A stretch of DNA of 64,000 bases. It comes from Podarcis bocagei. Its lineage: Eukaryota. This document shows positions 1 to 12,579 of the stretch, piece by piece. How positions within the stretch are numbered: position 1 is the stretch's first letter; every line of letters begins with the position of its first letter. A model generated the notes under the pieces. It was not told where the DNA came from and ran no database searches. It saw nothing but the letters and a program-made list of their open reading frames with translations. The stretch lies in the NCBI GenBank assembly GCA_964188305.1, contig OZ076889.1; one strand, 5' to 3'. Both the position numbers and the translations under genes were made by a program.

Positions 1-138
1 CGGTTTGGATTCTTAGATCACGGACTGCAGTTTCTTGAAGATGGACTTCTGGCAAGTGATGGGCTGCACCTCACAACGGTTGGGAGGAATGTTTTTGCCA
101 AAAATCTCAGAAACCTCATCAGGAGGGCTTTAAACTGA
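1..138 (+). CDS. CR1 ORF1 C-terminus (SGNH esterase-like), partial
   Basis: Frame 1 reads [45 protein letters not shown]; DGLHL motif of the SGNH domain; TGA at 136-138. Confidence 0.85.
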   Translation, partial: RFGFLDHGLQFLEDGLLASDGLHLTTVGRNVFAKNLRNLIRRALN

Positions 139-143
139 CTAAT

Positions 144-3065
144 GTGGGGGAGGGAGACAGTGCTCCTGAAGGTAGGAGTCTATCAATTAATGAAGATGAT
201 CATCCAAATGTCATAGACCAAATGGAGCAAACAGCACGCGGACCTAGTGGTGGGAGGAAAAAATCCTTAAATAAGAGACACGGGGGAATGATTAATGGAC
301 TTCAATGTCTGTACACTAATGCGCAAAGCATGGGAAATAAACAAGATGAGCTTGAGCTCTTGGTACAGCAAACTAAATATGACATAATAGGCATCACTGA
401 AACCTGGTGGGATAAGTCCTACGATTGGAATGTAATAATGGGGGGATACAATCTATTTCAGAGAAACAGACCAGACAAGAAAGGAGGAGGAGTGGCGTTA
501 TATGTCAGGGATGTGTATACCTGTGAAGAGATCCAAGATTTAGAACCTCAAAGCCAATGTGAGAGCATTTGGGTCAAAATTAAGGGAGAGAAGAATAACA
601 GAGACCTCATTGTGGGAGTTTACTATAGATCCCCAAGCCAAACGGAGGACATAGATGATGCCTTCCTGGAACAGATGGCCAAGCATGCAAAAGGAAGGGA
701 GATAGTAGTAATGGGGGACTTCAATTACCCGGATATTTGTTGGGCGTCAAACTCAGCCAAGAGCATAAGGTCAAACAGATTCCTCACTGGCCTTGCAGAC
801 AACTTCATTGTCCAGAAAGTGGGAGAAGCAACAAGAGGAACAGCCATTTTAGATCTGGTCCTAACCAATGTTGATGACCTGGTTAGTGGGGTAGAAGTGG
901 AAGGATCATTAGGCGCGAGTGATCATGCTCTTCTGAAGTTTACTATACAGCGGAAAGGAGCAGCCAAGCATACTAGGACTCAATTTCTTGACTTTAAGAA
1001 AGCCGACTTCATAAAACTTAGGGAAGTGCTGGGTGAGATCCCATGGACAGCAATACTAAAAGGAAAGGGAGTTCATGATGGCTGGGAGTTTGTTAAGAGG
1101 GAGATAGTAAAAGCACAACGTCAGGCAATACCAGTGAGACGGAAACATGGAAGGTGCCTAAAGAAGCCAGGGTGGCTATCTAAAGAACTTTTAACTGAAT
1201 TAAGATTTAAAAAGGATGTGTACAAAAAATGGAAAAGGGGGGAAACCACCAAAGAGGAATTCAAACAAATAGCCAGCACGTGTAGACACAAAGTCAGAAA
1301 AGCTAAAGCACAGAATGAACTCAGGCTTGCTAGAGAGGTTAAAAGCAACAAAAAAGGCTTTTATGGGTATGTTCGTAGCAAAAGGAAGAACAAAGAAACA
1401 GTGGGGTCACTCAGAGGAGAAGATGGTGAAATGCAAACAGGGGACACAGAAAGGGCTGAACTCCTCAATGCCTTCTTTGCCTCAGTCTTCTCCGATAAAG
1501 AAAACAATGCCCGACCTGAAGAATTTGGAGCAAATGATTCAGCAAAGGAAACACAGCCCAGAATAACTAAGGAGACAGTACAAGAATATTTGGCTAGTTT
1601 AGATGTATTCAAGTCTCCAGGGCCAGATGAACTGCATCCAAGAGTATTAAAAGAACTGGCAGATGTGATCTCAGAACCACTGGCAGTCATCTTCGAGAAA
1701 TCCTGGAGAACAGGCGAAGTCCCGGCAGACTGGAGGAGGGCAAATGTTGTCCCTATTTTCAAAAAGGGGAAAAGAGAGGACCCAAATAATTACCGCCCAG
1801 TCAGTCTGACATCAATAGCAGGGAAGATTCTGGAGCAGATCATTAAGCAAACAGTCTGTGAGCACCTAGAAAGGAATGCTGTGATCACCAATAGTCAGCA
1901 TGGATTTCTGAAAAATAAGTCATGTCAGACTAACCTGATCTCATTTTTTGACAGAATTACAAGCCTGGTAGATGAAGGGAACTCAGTGGATATAGCCTAC
2001 CTTGATTTCAGTAAGGCATTTGACAAGGTGCCCCATGATATTCTTGTAAAGAAGCTGGTAAAATGCGGTCTTGACTCTGCTACCACTCAGTGGATTTGTA
2101 ACTGGCTGACTGACCGAACCCAAAGGGTGCTCATCAATGGTTCCTCTTCATCCTGGAGAAGAGTGACTAGTGGGGTGCCACAGGGTTCTGTCTTGGGCCC
2201 GGTCTTATTTAACATCTTTATCAACGACTTGGATGATGGACTCAAGGGCATCCTGATCAAATTTGCAGATGACACCAAACTGGGAGGGGTGGCTAACACC
2301 CCAGAGGACAGGATCACACTTCAAAACGACCTTGACAGATTAGAGAACTGGGCAAAAACAAACAAAATGAATTTTAACAGGGAGAAATGTAAAGTATTGC
2401 ACTTGGGCAAAAAAAATGAGAGGCACAAATACAAGATGGGTGACACCTGGCTTGAGAGCAGTACATGTGAAAAGGATCTAGGAGTCTTGGTTGACCACAA
2501 ACTTGACATGAGCCAACAGTGTGACGCGGCAGCTAAAAAAGCCAATGCAATTCTGGGCTGCATCAATAGGAGTATAGCATCTAGATCAAGGGAAGTAATA
2601 GTGCCACTGTATTCTGCTCTGGTCAGACCACACCTGGAGTACTGTGTCCAGTTCTGGGCACCACAATTCAAGAAGGACACTGACAAACTGGAACGTGTCC
2701 AGAGGAGGGCAACGAAAATGGTCAAAGGCCTGGAAACGATGCCTTATGAGGAACGGCTAAGGGAGCTGGGCATGTTTAGCCTGGAGAAGAGGAGGTTAAG
2801 GGGTGATATGATAGCCATGTTCAAATATATAAAAGGATGTCACATAGAGGAGGGAGAAAGGTTGTTTTCTGCTGCTCCAGAGAAGCGGACACGGAGCAAT
2901 GGATCCAAACTACAAGAAAGAAGATTCCACCTAAACATTAGGAAGAACTTCCTGACAGTAAGAGCTGTTCGACAGTGGAATTTGCTGCCAAGGAGTGTGG
3001 TGGAGTCTCCTACTTTGGAGGTCTTTAAGCAGAGGCTTGACAACCATATGTCAGGAGTGCTCTGA
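144..3065 (+). CDS. CR1 ORF2, endonuclease-reverse transcriptase, uninterrupted
   Basis: 973 aa with no stop; EN motifs LYTNAQS, GITETWW, MGDFNYP, SDH; RT motifs [26 protein letters not shown]; first in-frame ATG at 222, true start uncertain. Confidence 0.97.
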   Translation: MGEGDSAPEGRSLSINEDDHPNVIDQMEQTARGPSGGRKKSLNKRHGGMINGLQCLYTNAQSMGNKQDELELLVQQTKYDIIGITETWWDKSYDWNVIMGGYNLFQRNRPDKKGGGVALYVRDVYTCEEIQDLEPQSQCESIWVKIKGEKNNRDLIVGVYYRSPSQTEDIDDAFLEQMAKHAKGREIVVMGDFNYPDICWASNSAKSIRSNRFLTGLADNFIVQKVGEATRGTAILDLVLTNVDDLVSGVEVEGSLGASDHALLKFTIQRKGAAKHTRTQFLDFKKADFIKLREVLGEIPWTAILKGKGVHDGWEFVKREIVKAQRQAIPVRRKHGRCLKKPGWLSKELLTELRFKKDVYKKWKRGETTKEEFKQIASTCRHKVRKAKAQNELRLAREVKSNKKGFYGYVRSKRKNKETVGSLRGEDGEMQTGDTERAELLNAFFASVFSDKENNARPEEFGANDSAKETQPRITKETVQEYLASLDVFKSPGPDELHPRVLKELADVISEPLAVIFEKSWRTGEVPADWRRANVVPIFKKGKREDPNNYRPVSLTSIAGKILEQIIKQTVCEHLERNAVITNSQHGFLKNKSCQTNLISFFDRITSLVDEGNSVDIAYLDFSKAFDKVPHDILVKKLVKCGLDSATTQWICNWLTDRTQRVLINGSSSSWRRVTSGVPQGSVLGPVLFNIFINDLDDGLKGILIKFADDTKLGGVANTPEDRITLQNDLDRLENWAKTNKMNFNREKCKVLHLGKKNERHKYKMGDTWLESSTCEKDLGVLVDHKLDMSQQCDAAAKKANAILGCINRSIASRSREVIVPLYSALVRPHLEYCVQFWAPQFKKDTDKLERVQRRATKMVKGLETMPYEERLRELGMFSLEKRRLRGDMIAMFKYIKGCHIEEGERLFSAAPEKRTRSNGSKLQERRFHLNIRKNFLTVRAVRQWNLLPRSVVESPTLEVFKQRLDNHMSGVL

Positions 3066-3166
3066 TGGTGTTTCCTGCTTGGCAGGGGGTTGGACTCGAT
3101 GGCCCTTGTGGTCTCTTCCAACTCTATGATTCTATGATTCTATGATTCTATGATTCTATGATTCTA

Positions 3167-3188
3167 CCCACAGCGCCACCCGCGTCCC
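3167..3188 (-). mobile_element. 5' end of a Sauria SINE interrupted by the CR1 insertion
   Basis: CCCACAGCGCCACCCGCGTCCC is identical to the terminus of the - strand SINE at 23094-23115. Confidence 0.75.
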
Positions 3189-4443
3189 CCACATTGGAAG
3201 ATACAGCCCTGTTATTAATGATACTGCTGCACTCCATTTGCATTACTTGTTTCTGTGGGGATGTCATCTTTTGAATTATGGCACCACCAGCTGTAACAGA
3301 TGCCTCATGTTATGCAGAATCCATTTGTCAGAGTCCACAGGTAAGCCAGGATCTGCGGCCTGAGACCCATTTCTTGAGCTACACAGTAAAATTGGCCTAT
3401 CAGCGTACCATTTGTGTCTTCAGACAATATCAACATGATACCTTTGGCCCCTGTGTTACAGATTCCCTTTTTAAGAAATATAAAAAAGGAAGGGAAAACC
3501 TCCTCCCTCCTTCCCACACACAACTGTGCATAATGCTTCTCATGATCCCTGCTGGGGGAACTTTCACTCCCTACAAACCAGATAGGAATAGATGCCTTGC
3601 CCAAAGCAAAACAGGAAGGAGAAGTGACAGGCCCACCCCCTCTTCTCCCCACCCCCTAAATCTTCAAAGCCCCAAGCCTGCATGACCACTGCCAAAATGC
3701 TCTATTGTAATCAGCAAATGAGGCAAGCCAGGCATGGAGCCTTGACTTGCAAGCCAGACAATGCGTTTTGTGACAATGCCAGTTAAGATACTATGGGCTC
3801 CTGTCAGCTCAGTTGCCAAAAGGGACTCTGACAGGAATATTAAAGACAGAGAGGCACAATGCCTTCTAGGGTTCACTATCCCTCACAGCTTTCCAACTTA
3901 CTTTTATGATTTTCATGTGTTCATCCCCCAAGTATTTAATACCCCAGGGGTGCTGCTAGCGAGGCTGTCAGACACTGATGAGATTATATTATCAAGATAA
4001 AAGAGAAGCCGCATCTAGTGCCCCCATTCCAGCAAAGGCTAATAATTACTAAGCGATAGAGCACACTTTTTAAAATAATAATAATAAAAAATTCCATTTT
4101 CCAGCCTTGGTCCACTCAGCCCCTATTGTGCCACCATCATTAAAGTATTTTATTTAATTTTTCAATGCAGTCCTTTTTTCAAAAGAGCCACCGCGTCGAA
4201 CTGCGAGAAATAAATTGCTACAGTGAGTTAGCAGGGGCTAATCACCAAGAGTCAAGGAAAATTATGATCTCAGCACTAAAGTGTTGATTTCATTTCTAAA
4301 AGGTTATATGGTCCAGAGTGAACATTAAAAACAAGTCATCCCTCCACCACTGATGGAAAAAAGCTGCTGTAAAACATACACCCTCCACTTACCACCAGAC
4401 TGCATAGGACTCTACTTGATGGGCTGTACGTGATGTAAATGAG

Positions 4444-5350
4444 GGGCTGAGCCTAGGGCTTGCCGATCAGAAGTTTGGCGGTTCGAATCCCCGTGACTAG
4501 GTGAGCTTCCGTTGCTCGTCCCTGCTCCTACCAACCTAGCAGTTTGAAAGCACGTCAAAGTGCAAGTAGATAAATAGGTACCACTCCGGCGGGAAGGTAA
4601 ACGGTGTTTCCGTGCACTGCTCTGGTTCGCCAGCATGGCTTAGTCATGCTGGCCATGACCCGGAAGCTGTACGCCAGCTCCCTCGGCCAATAAAGCGAGA
4701 TGAGCGCCGCAACCCCTGAGTCATCTGTGACTGGACCTAATGAGACAAAATATTATGGCAGCTGTAAACAAAATTTGCTCCCCCATATTCTATGATTTAA
4801 ATATCTTAGATAGCAGAGCCAATTACATCACTAAATTAATAATCCCAGCCCAACGTAGGGCTTTTATGCTGGCCCGGTTGAATGTTTTTCCCTCAGCATT
4901 TGTCTGGGGAAGATATCAAAACATCCCTAGAAACAAGAGATTCTGCAGATGCTCTATGAATGTCCCGGACACTGTAGAGCATATTCTCTTCCATTGCCCA
5001 TTGTACGGTACGCTCCGTCAACGCGTGCTGTCCCCCCTTTTGGGTGGTCTGGAACCCCAGCAAGGTGAATGTGTGGGATTCTGCCTATCCGACGTTGACC
5101 AAAGGGTAACGGCGGGGGTAGCTGAGTTTTTGGTAGCAGCCCTCCAAGGAGCAGGTTAACAAGGAAAACCACTGATTCTTTATGTATATATATATATATA
5201 TATATGTATGTAGCCAACTGCTGCCTTTTTATATATATCTCAAGGCTTTTATATGTTATTCTCTCTTTTATGGTTTTTATTTGCATAATGCCTAATAAAG
5301 GTTTGATTTCAAGACTGGACCTAATGGTCAGGGGTCCCTTTACCTTTACC
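4444..5350 (+). mobile_element. Sauria SINE split by a LINE fragment (SINE parts ~4444-4742 and 5313-5350)
   Basis: B-box GGTTCGAATCC, body matches copies at 22761 and 50351, (ACCTTT)n tail. Confidence 0.9.
4743..5312 (+). mobile_element. 5'-truncated non-LTR retrotransposon 3' end (RTE-X-like), with C-terminal CCHC zinc knuckle
   Basis: ORF 4740-5159 GRYQNIPRNKRFCRC...VEHILFHCPLY; AATAAA near end; 14-bp TSD GACTGGACCTAATG at 4729-4742 and 5313-5326; clade name tentative. Confidence 0.75.
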
Positions 5351-5679
5351 TATCACACTGAATTATGCTCAGGGTTCAGGGAAGTGCAGTTCTGTGTGCT
5401 GCAAACAAGCCTATGTTAACAGCTTTGCTGGGCCACACAAATGGTCTCTGCAATCGGGTATCACACCTTATGTTGTTCATCACAATTCCTTCTAATTTCA
5501 GTTCAAGTCACCTCATGCTTGTGTTTATATAGCCAAAACTGCACCACCCACACACAAGAGAAAGGTTCCAGCAGACTCAAAGTAACCCTGAGGTTTGTGA
5601 ATGTGTTAGTGGGAGAATACTAAAGGGGAGCCCCTCAAAACAACTCAGTGGCACAGAATATTGAGAAAGTGAGGCCCAT

Positions 5680-5869
5680 CTGCATTACACATTTAAAGCT
5701 ATTTAAACATTCATGGCTTCCACCAAACAATCCTAGGGACTATAGTTTGTTAAGGGTGCTGAGAGTTGTTAGGAGACCCCTAGTCCCCTCACAGAGCTAC
5801 AATTCTTCCCAGGGAATTCTGTGAAATGTAGCTCTGTGAAGGGAATAGGGATCATCTAACAACTCTCAA
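5680..5869. mobile_element. Palindromic MITE-like repeat remnant (host of the Bov-B insertion)
   Basis: Internal inverted repeats (GAGAGTTGTTAG...CTAACAACTCTC; CACAGAGCTACA...TGTAGCTCTGTG). Confidence 0.55.
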
Positions 5870-7128
5870 TGCTTTTGAATTATGGTGCTGGAGGATATTC
5901 TATAGAGTCCCATGGACTGCAAGAAGATCAAACCTATTCATTTTGCAGATGACACCAAACTGGGAGGGGTGGCTAACACTCCAGAGGACAGCATCACACT
6001 TCAAAACAACCTTGACAGATTAGAGAACTGGGCCAAAACAAACAAGATGAACTTTAACAGGGAGAAATGTAAAGTATTGCACTTGGGCAAAAAAAAATGA
6101 GAGGCACAAATACAAATACAAAAACACCTGGCTTGAGAGCAGTACATGTGAAAAGGATCTGGGAGTCTTGGTTGACCACAAACTTGACATGAGCCAACAG
6201 TGTGACGCGGCAGCTAAAAAAGCCAATGCAATTATGGGCTGCATCAATAGGAGTATAGCATCTAGATCAAGGGAAGTAATAGTGCCACTGTATTCTGCTC
6301 TGGTCAGACCTCACCTGGAGTACTGTGTCCAGTTCTGGGCACCACAGTTCAAGAAGGACACTGACAAACTGGAACGTATCCAGAGGAGGGCAGCCAAAAT
6401 GGTCAAAGGCCTGGAAACGATGCCTTATGAGGAACAGCTAAGGGAGCTGGGCATGTTTAGCCTGGAGAAGAGGAGGTTAAGGGGTGATATGATAGCCATG
6501 TTCAAATATATAAAAGGATGTCATATAGAGGAGGGAGAAAGGTTGTTTTCTGCTGCTCCAGAGAAGCGGACACGGAGCAATGGATCCAAACTACATGAAA
6601 GAAGATTCCACCTAAACATTAGGAAGAACTTCCTGACAGTAAGAGCTGTTCGACAGTGGAATTTGCTGCCAAGGAGTGTGGTGGAGTCTCCTTCTTTGGA
6701 GGTCTTTAAGCAGAGGCTTGACAACCATATGTCAGGAGTGCTCTGATGGTGTTTCCTGCTTGGCAGGGGGTTGGACTTGATGGCCCTTTTGGTCTATTCC
6801 AACTCTATGATTCTATGATTCTATGATTCATTCTTAGGGAAATCAGCCCTGCGTGCTCACTGGAAGGACAGATCGTGAAGCTGAGGCTCCAATCCTTTGG
6901 CCACCTCATGAGAAGAGAAGACTCCCTGGAAAAGACCCTGATGTTGGGAAAGATGGAGGGCACAAGGAGAAGGGGACGACAGAGGACGAGATGGTTGGAC
7001 AGTGTTCTCAAAGCTACCAGCATGAGTTTGACCAAACTGCGGGAGCCAGTGGAAGACAGGAGTGCCTGTCATGCTCTGGTCCATGGGGTCACGAAGAGTC
7101 GGACATGACTAAATGACTAAACAACAAC
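5870..7128 (+). mobile_element. Bov-B (RTE) LINE 3' fragment interrupted by CR1
   Basis: FGHLMRREDSLEKTLMLGKMEGTRRRGRQRTRWLD; GGGGTCACGAAGAGTCGGAC and (CAA)n tail; 12-bp TSD AACAACTCTCAA at 5858-5869 and 7129-7140. Confidence 0.92.
5943..6825 (+). mobile_element. 5'-truncated CR1 copy, same family as 1-3166
   Basis: Near-identical to ~2263-3145; ATTCTATG tail; TSD ATTCATT at 5936-5942 and 6826-6832; frameshift in the A-run at ~6089-6097. Confidence 0.95.
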
Positions 7129-7957
7129 AACAACTCTCAAATTCTGTGGTCTATGCAATCCAAGCTACATCTCCAAGTATGATTTCTGTCATTTCTGGCA
7201 CCTTGTAGAAATGGACTCCAGATGAACAACTAGAAGGACTTCTGCATAAATGAATGAGTGGCATATAACGGGCTTTAACACTTCTCCACAAAACATGATG
7301 CCAGCATTAGATTTATACCAAACCTAGCAGTAACCTTTAGGGGGGAAACCTTCTCTAATGGAACCTACAAATTATGAATCACTGACTATGTCTCCAAGGT
7401 AATTATGGCAAGGCTAGTTGTATCATTATTTGGACAAAAGTAAAAAAGTGCTAGTTCTGCACCATTCTCCACTTTGGTACATCATGTTTTCCTCGTTATG
7501 CTTTCTTCATTTATTCTATTTAATGGTGCACTTTCCCATCAATGGCCCTCAAAACTGCCAGCAATAAGACACCAACTAACATGTTTTGGAACAATAACCA
7601 CCATACAATGTCATTCAACAAATTGCCTTAAAAGTAGAGGTCACATTTCCTTGTGGATAACATTCTGTGGCACTAATACAAGGGATGGAAGGGTCCAGAC
7701 ATGAAAATGGACACAACAATAGATGTAATCCTTGCTTTTGTACGGTAGGTTACATCTCAGCCATGCAAAAGACAGAAGTCTTACATACACACCTCTCCTT
7801 CCTCCTTTCAGGCAAGCAAGAGGTATTAATACAGTTCAAGGGATGTATTTCAGCCCAGCAAAAGTACATGTTGGTGGGGCCTCTGAGAGGGGGTGGGGCC
7901 CCGAGAGCCAATTCCAAGGTTTTCATGGGGGGAAGAGAGGGAGGAAAGCCTTTAGTC

Positions 7958-8093
7958 CAGGCATGGGCAAACTCGGCCCTCCAAATGTTTTGGGACTACA
8001 ACTCCCATCATCCATAGCTAACAGGACCAGTGGTCAGGGATGATGGGAATTGTAGTCCCAAAACATCTGGAGGGCCGAGTTTGCCCATGCCTG
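7958..8093. mobile_element. Palindromic hAT-Charlie-type MITE
   Basis: Long TIRs CAGGCATGGGCAAACTCGGCCCTCCA; 8-bp TSD CTTTAGTC/CTCTAGTC. Confidence 0.9.
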
Positions 8094-8680
8094 CTCTAGT
8101 CAGTAAGAGGTTTAGAGTAATCTCTCAAGCCACTCCAGCAGCTGAAACTACACCCATATACAGAACCCATGGGGGGGGGGGGTTGGCAGCCCTAATCTGA
8201 TCCACTAGGGATACCTCAAACACACCATTATTTCCTTAATGTCCACACTCAGGACAAAGTAGATTTTCCACACAGCTGTCTACATGCAAGGTTGCTCATA
8301 TATTTAAAATATGAGCTTTCCTATACTGGCTATCCAGCCAATGACCACTTGGACCCACAGCTGAATCCTAAACCTCAGTGCCATTCTGTGGCAGCAAGTT
8401 CCACAAAATACAGGTAGCTGTGGAGAACCTGGGAGTCTCTTTGTAATGCTGCTGGAAAGATCCAGCCTAGAAAGCAGAGCCTCAGAAAGCACCACATGCT
8501 CCAGGGCCATTCTGCAAGGAATATTCCATAATAAAAACAAGAGCAGACAGGCTTACAGAAATTAGACCATCACATCTCCCAGCACATGCTATGATTTTGC
8601 TTCATCGTCCCTCTCCACAGTTTCCTTTGCCATCAGCATCTCTGCAATAGCCTCATGGCATCCTTAGATCCCAGTGTGGT

Positions 8681-8928
8681 GCCAGTGTGGTGTAGTGGTT
8701 AAGAGCGGTAGTCACGTAATCTGGGGAACTGGGTCCGCGTCTCCGCTCCTCCACATGCAGCTGCTGGGTGACCTTGGGCCAGTCACACTTCTTTGCAGTC
8801 TCTCAGCCCCACTCACCTCACAGAGTGTTTGTTGTGGGGGAGGAAGGGAAAGGAGATTGTTAGCCGCTTTATCACCTTTGGGTAGTGATAAAGCAGGATA
8901 TCAAATCCAAACTCTTCTTCTTCTTCTT
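8681..8928 (+). mobile_element. tRNA-derived CORE/MIR-like SINE (Squam3-like) with (CTT)n tail
   Basis: A-box TGGTGTAGTGG, core GGGTGACCTTGGGCCAGTCAC, CTT tail. Confidence 0.75.
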
Positions 8929-11900
8929 AGCCAGGGGAGAGCCAGAGAGTTGAGCCTACGGACTGGGACCACTTCCCACTCATGGAATACTGGAAATACT
9001 GACAGCAGCACTAGAAACCCAGTGTCAGTTTCCAGCTCCCCTGGCCTTATAAAAAACAAACAATGTAAGGGAAATTTGTGTTTGTAAGTTGTCATGCCTT
9101 AAAATAGTTACAGACAAGTGGGACTGTAGCAAAATGTTGCAGTATAGAGTGCTCACTCATTTTGTTCTGTTTTCAGCTTAACAAACACAGTTCCCAAAGC
9201 CCTTCCACTCCTCAGGATTGGAAACTATCCTACTCATTGCTATGTTCACGGTCGCTCCATTTCCATCTTTCTAGCCCACATTCCAATAGTATATAGGAAT
9301 ATATAGAAAACAACCACAGAAAAATATGGGCTTATACAGTATCCAGTTGCAGCAGTAAGTAACTGTCCTGTCAAGGCAAGGATTTTCACTTGGGTCGCAA
9401 GACTTTCTCCCCTCCTCCCTCCACCCACCCCCTACATCTGTTCAGGGGGTTCTCCGAAATCTCCAGAGCAGATTTAGAGAGGGTACAGGGCACACAGGGG
9501 GAGGAGATGGGAGGGATCCCACTGCGCAAGCAGAAATCTGTGTACTGGTGAGATGAAGGAATTGGATACCACCTACAGAAGCACACTTTTGTGGTAAAAG
9601 TGGGAGGGTCAGGCACCTTAGACAGTATTGTCGCTATGAAAAATAATCAGTTTCTCAATTTTGTACACTACAAAATTTAGTGAGCTCCTGGTTCTCAACT
9701 GTATCCTCCTTAAGCTGCAGGTGATCCCATTAAAAAAAAAAACTTGAGCAGGGGATGCTAACAAATCACCACCACCATTTTCTCTCTTTCATCTTACAGC
9801 TCCATTGCTGCCATCACTATGTGATAAAGAGCTTGAGAGTGTTATGGTTCAACCACCGGCTAAGCCATTTTGGGGCAAGCACTTTTCTTTGGAATCTGGC
9901 TATGAAGTTGCCCTCAGTCAATTTTGTGATGGTTCAGTCTTTGGCAGCTAAATATATTTATCATCTGGTTGTGGGCAGCTGGTGACCTCATAGCATCCTG
10001 GTTTCAGCATGCCTGAGACCATGTATAATTTTAAACAGTTGTAAAGAAGATATTTGCTCTTCTATTTGTGTAACAGATTAGTGGCCAAAAGGAGGAGATG
10101 ACTCAAGATTTCTGAATTTTGTAGATACTCTGATGGTCATAAGCCACTCATTTCAGTAAGACTACCTGATTTGAGACAGCCATGATTTTGAGTAAGATGG
10201 CATCAGGGCTCAGCTGCTACCTGCAAGGCCAAAGAGGTGGATTTACAGCAGTCTTCCAAACATCATATTTTCTCCAGGAAAAAGTAGTAGCAATGTCTCT
10301 ACCCCATGATGTCACCCTCCTATTAAGGAAAGGTGTCAGCATTATTTATTTATGGGGGAAGGAAATGTAGAGATCAGCATAGGCTCATCTGCTACTGCCC
10401 ATGAATTAAAAAGAAAAGAAAAATTAAAACATGTTCTGCATTTATACAGATACAAGTGCACACAGAATTGGACTCACAATTCCTGAAATCACACAGGAGA
10501 GACCTGTGGCCCTTAAGCACAGATCAGGGTATCATTCTGTGCCCAGCTCACTGCAGCCACAAGCTGCTGTCAATTCTGAGCAGCAGCGAACTTTTGACAA
10601 GCCCTAGAGCACCTGCCACTTGTACCAATTGCTTTGCTAAGCCAGGTGTTCTCATGCATCTACGAAATTAGGCAGGGAAAAGAGAGGGAATGCAGTTGAA
10701 ATGCTGCAGGGAAATTGTGCTGGCTGAGGCTAACTGGGCACATAGTATGGCCCTCTTGAGGTCCTCTTGACCAGCAGTTTCTGCTAGTCAAGAGAAGAGG
10801 TCGCTAGACAATGGACAATGTTTTAAGCTGCAAGGAGGACTGCTCCCATACAACTTAAATGATTGGTGGAAGGAGGGAGAGAGAAAGGATTAAAGGAGGA
10901 GATAAGTCTTGGAAAATACACAGCTTTAAGCAGACATTCTCTGAATCCAACTTTCCTCCACTGTTAGAATTATTAGTAATAACAGTATGCATCTCCAAAT
11001 ATACATCCCAGTGCAGAATGTCTATCAACACTGCATTACTTTCAAAGGAATTTGAATTTGGATGGTACACATCAGAACTCACATTCCAAGGAATGCAATG
11101 TGGTGTGAGGAGACCATCATTCCACTAGACCGCACAAAAGCCACAGCATTTTCATGAGTTGGCCTATATTATCATCATCATCTTACTTATGTCCTGCTCT
11201 TCCTTGAGAGTGGCTTTCCATGATGCTCATGGGGGTCTCCCACTCAAGCATGGGTGGTCCAGCACCTCCTAAGTTCACCTGTACTGTAGGATTAGATGCT
11301 CCCAGACCCAAAACAGGCCTACATGTAAACAGGTGACTTTAAGTGCATAATAGGATAAAGGGGGAAAGCATTTCTAGAAAGTAACAAGATGCCTTGAGTG
11401 TAATTTGAGAAACAAAATTATTTTGGTTTCTGCTTCCAAGGCCAGCCCAAGACATTTTGCCACCTGGGCAGATCACAAGTGACACACTCCACGCAAGGCA
11501 AGCTGTTTCGACATCTGAGGCAGAAAATCCAGCACGTGCTGCTTCTTCCCCTCCCTGGAACTACAAATGCAACAACACGCCTAATTATGAATCTGCTACC
11601 CTTTCACAACGCCCACAATCAGCTGCCTGAGGCAGCTGCCTCCCTCTGCCTAATAGTAGGGTTGGCCCTGCAACAGCATCCAGTGAAGCAGGTGTCTTAA
11701 CCTGCAGGTTGGGTGGTCCTGAGAGAAAGTAGCAGCAGGGGAAACGGGGAGGCCCCAGCTAGGGGTGCCCTCCATGTGGCTGTGCTGCAGCCCTCAGCAG
11801 CAGCCTGCTTCTCTGACACCTACTGTGACATCAGGGTTATCTTTAAAGTGATGCAACAAAATGCCACTCTCACTGCAGAAGAAATTACCTTGATCCAACA

Positions 11901-12494
11901 CCCCCCCCCCAAAAAAAATAATAATCAGGGGTGAGGCAGGGCAACTCCCCTTGTAGGTAAACACTTCTCCTCTGTACCCTTAGGGGACCCAGGAGGTGCT
12001 CTCCATTTTGTGGTTGATGTCAACAGCCTCCATCCTACCCTTCCTGAGATTGTCCATTGCTTCTGTGTGCCAGCTAGGGAGCTCCATCGCACGAGGGTGA
12101 GGTTGCAAGGGGAATGCAAGTCAGCAACGGAATCTGGGACTGGCAGGACACAAGTGGGGCAGGAATGTTCTTTCCTATGTTCTATGCGGGCCCGAGGTCG
12201 ACCTCTGCGGAGAGCAAGGTGCTGATTTTGCATGCTAAGGACCAGAACTCAACAAATCCCCCTGCAAGCATTGTTGGGGAAGGTATGAAGACCTCCAAAG
12301 ATTCACTGCCTCTTGCAGATACCCCGCCCGTACTGTGCTTTCCTATTCTACGCATGGAAGACTGCTGAATTAACAGTAGGGCTGACCGAGGAGTATTAGG
12401 AGCAATTGCTGTTGTTAGATTTTCTGGATTTCTTGTTAGTGGCCGGTGCCAGCACTCGGAGTTTTGCTTTCCACCGTGTTCGGAAAGCTTTAAA

Positions 12495-12498
<4 letters not shown>

Positions 12499-12537
<39 letters not shown>

Positions 12538-12552
12538 CACACACACACACAC
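12499..12552. repeat. (CT)n(CA)n microsatellite
   Basis: Seen directly. Confidence 0.95.
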
Positions 12553-12579
12553 CCCTCTCAAGAACACCAGTTGTCTTCA

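Larger units (their letters stand above)
1..3166 (+). mobile_element. CR1 LINE (3' portion: end of ORF1, complete ORF2, 3' UTR, (ATTCTATG)n tail); extends 5' beyond the window
   Basis: APE endonuclease + RT ORF typical of CR1; tandem ATTCTATG tail at 3121-3166. Confidence 0.97.

Noticed and set aside
8304-8540. Possible TAFA signal-peptide exon on the - strand (acceptor-like TTGCAG then ATG)
   Set aside because: Translation is not signal-peptide-like and there is no good donor.
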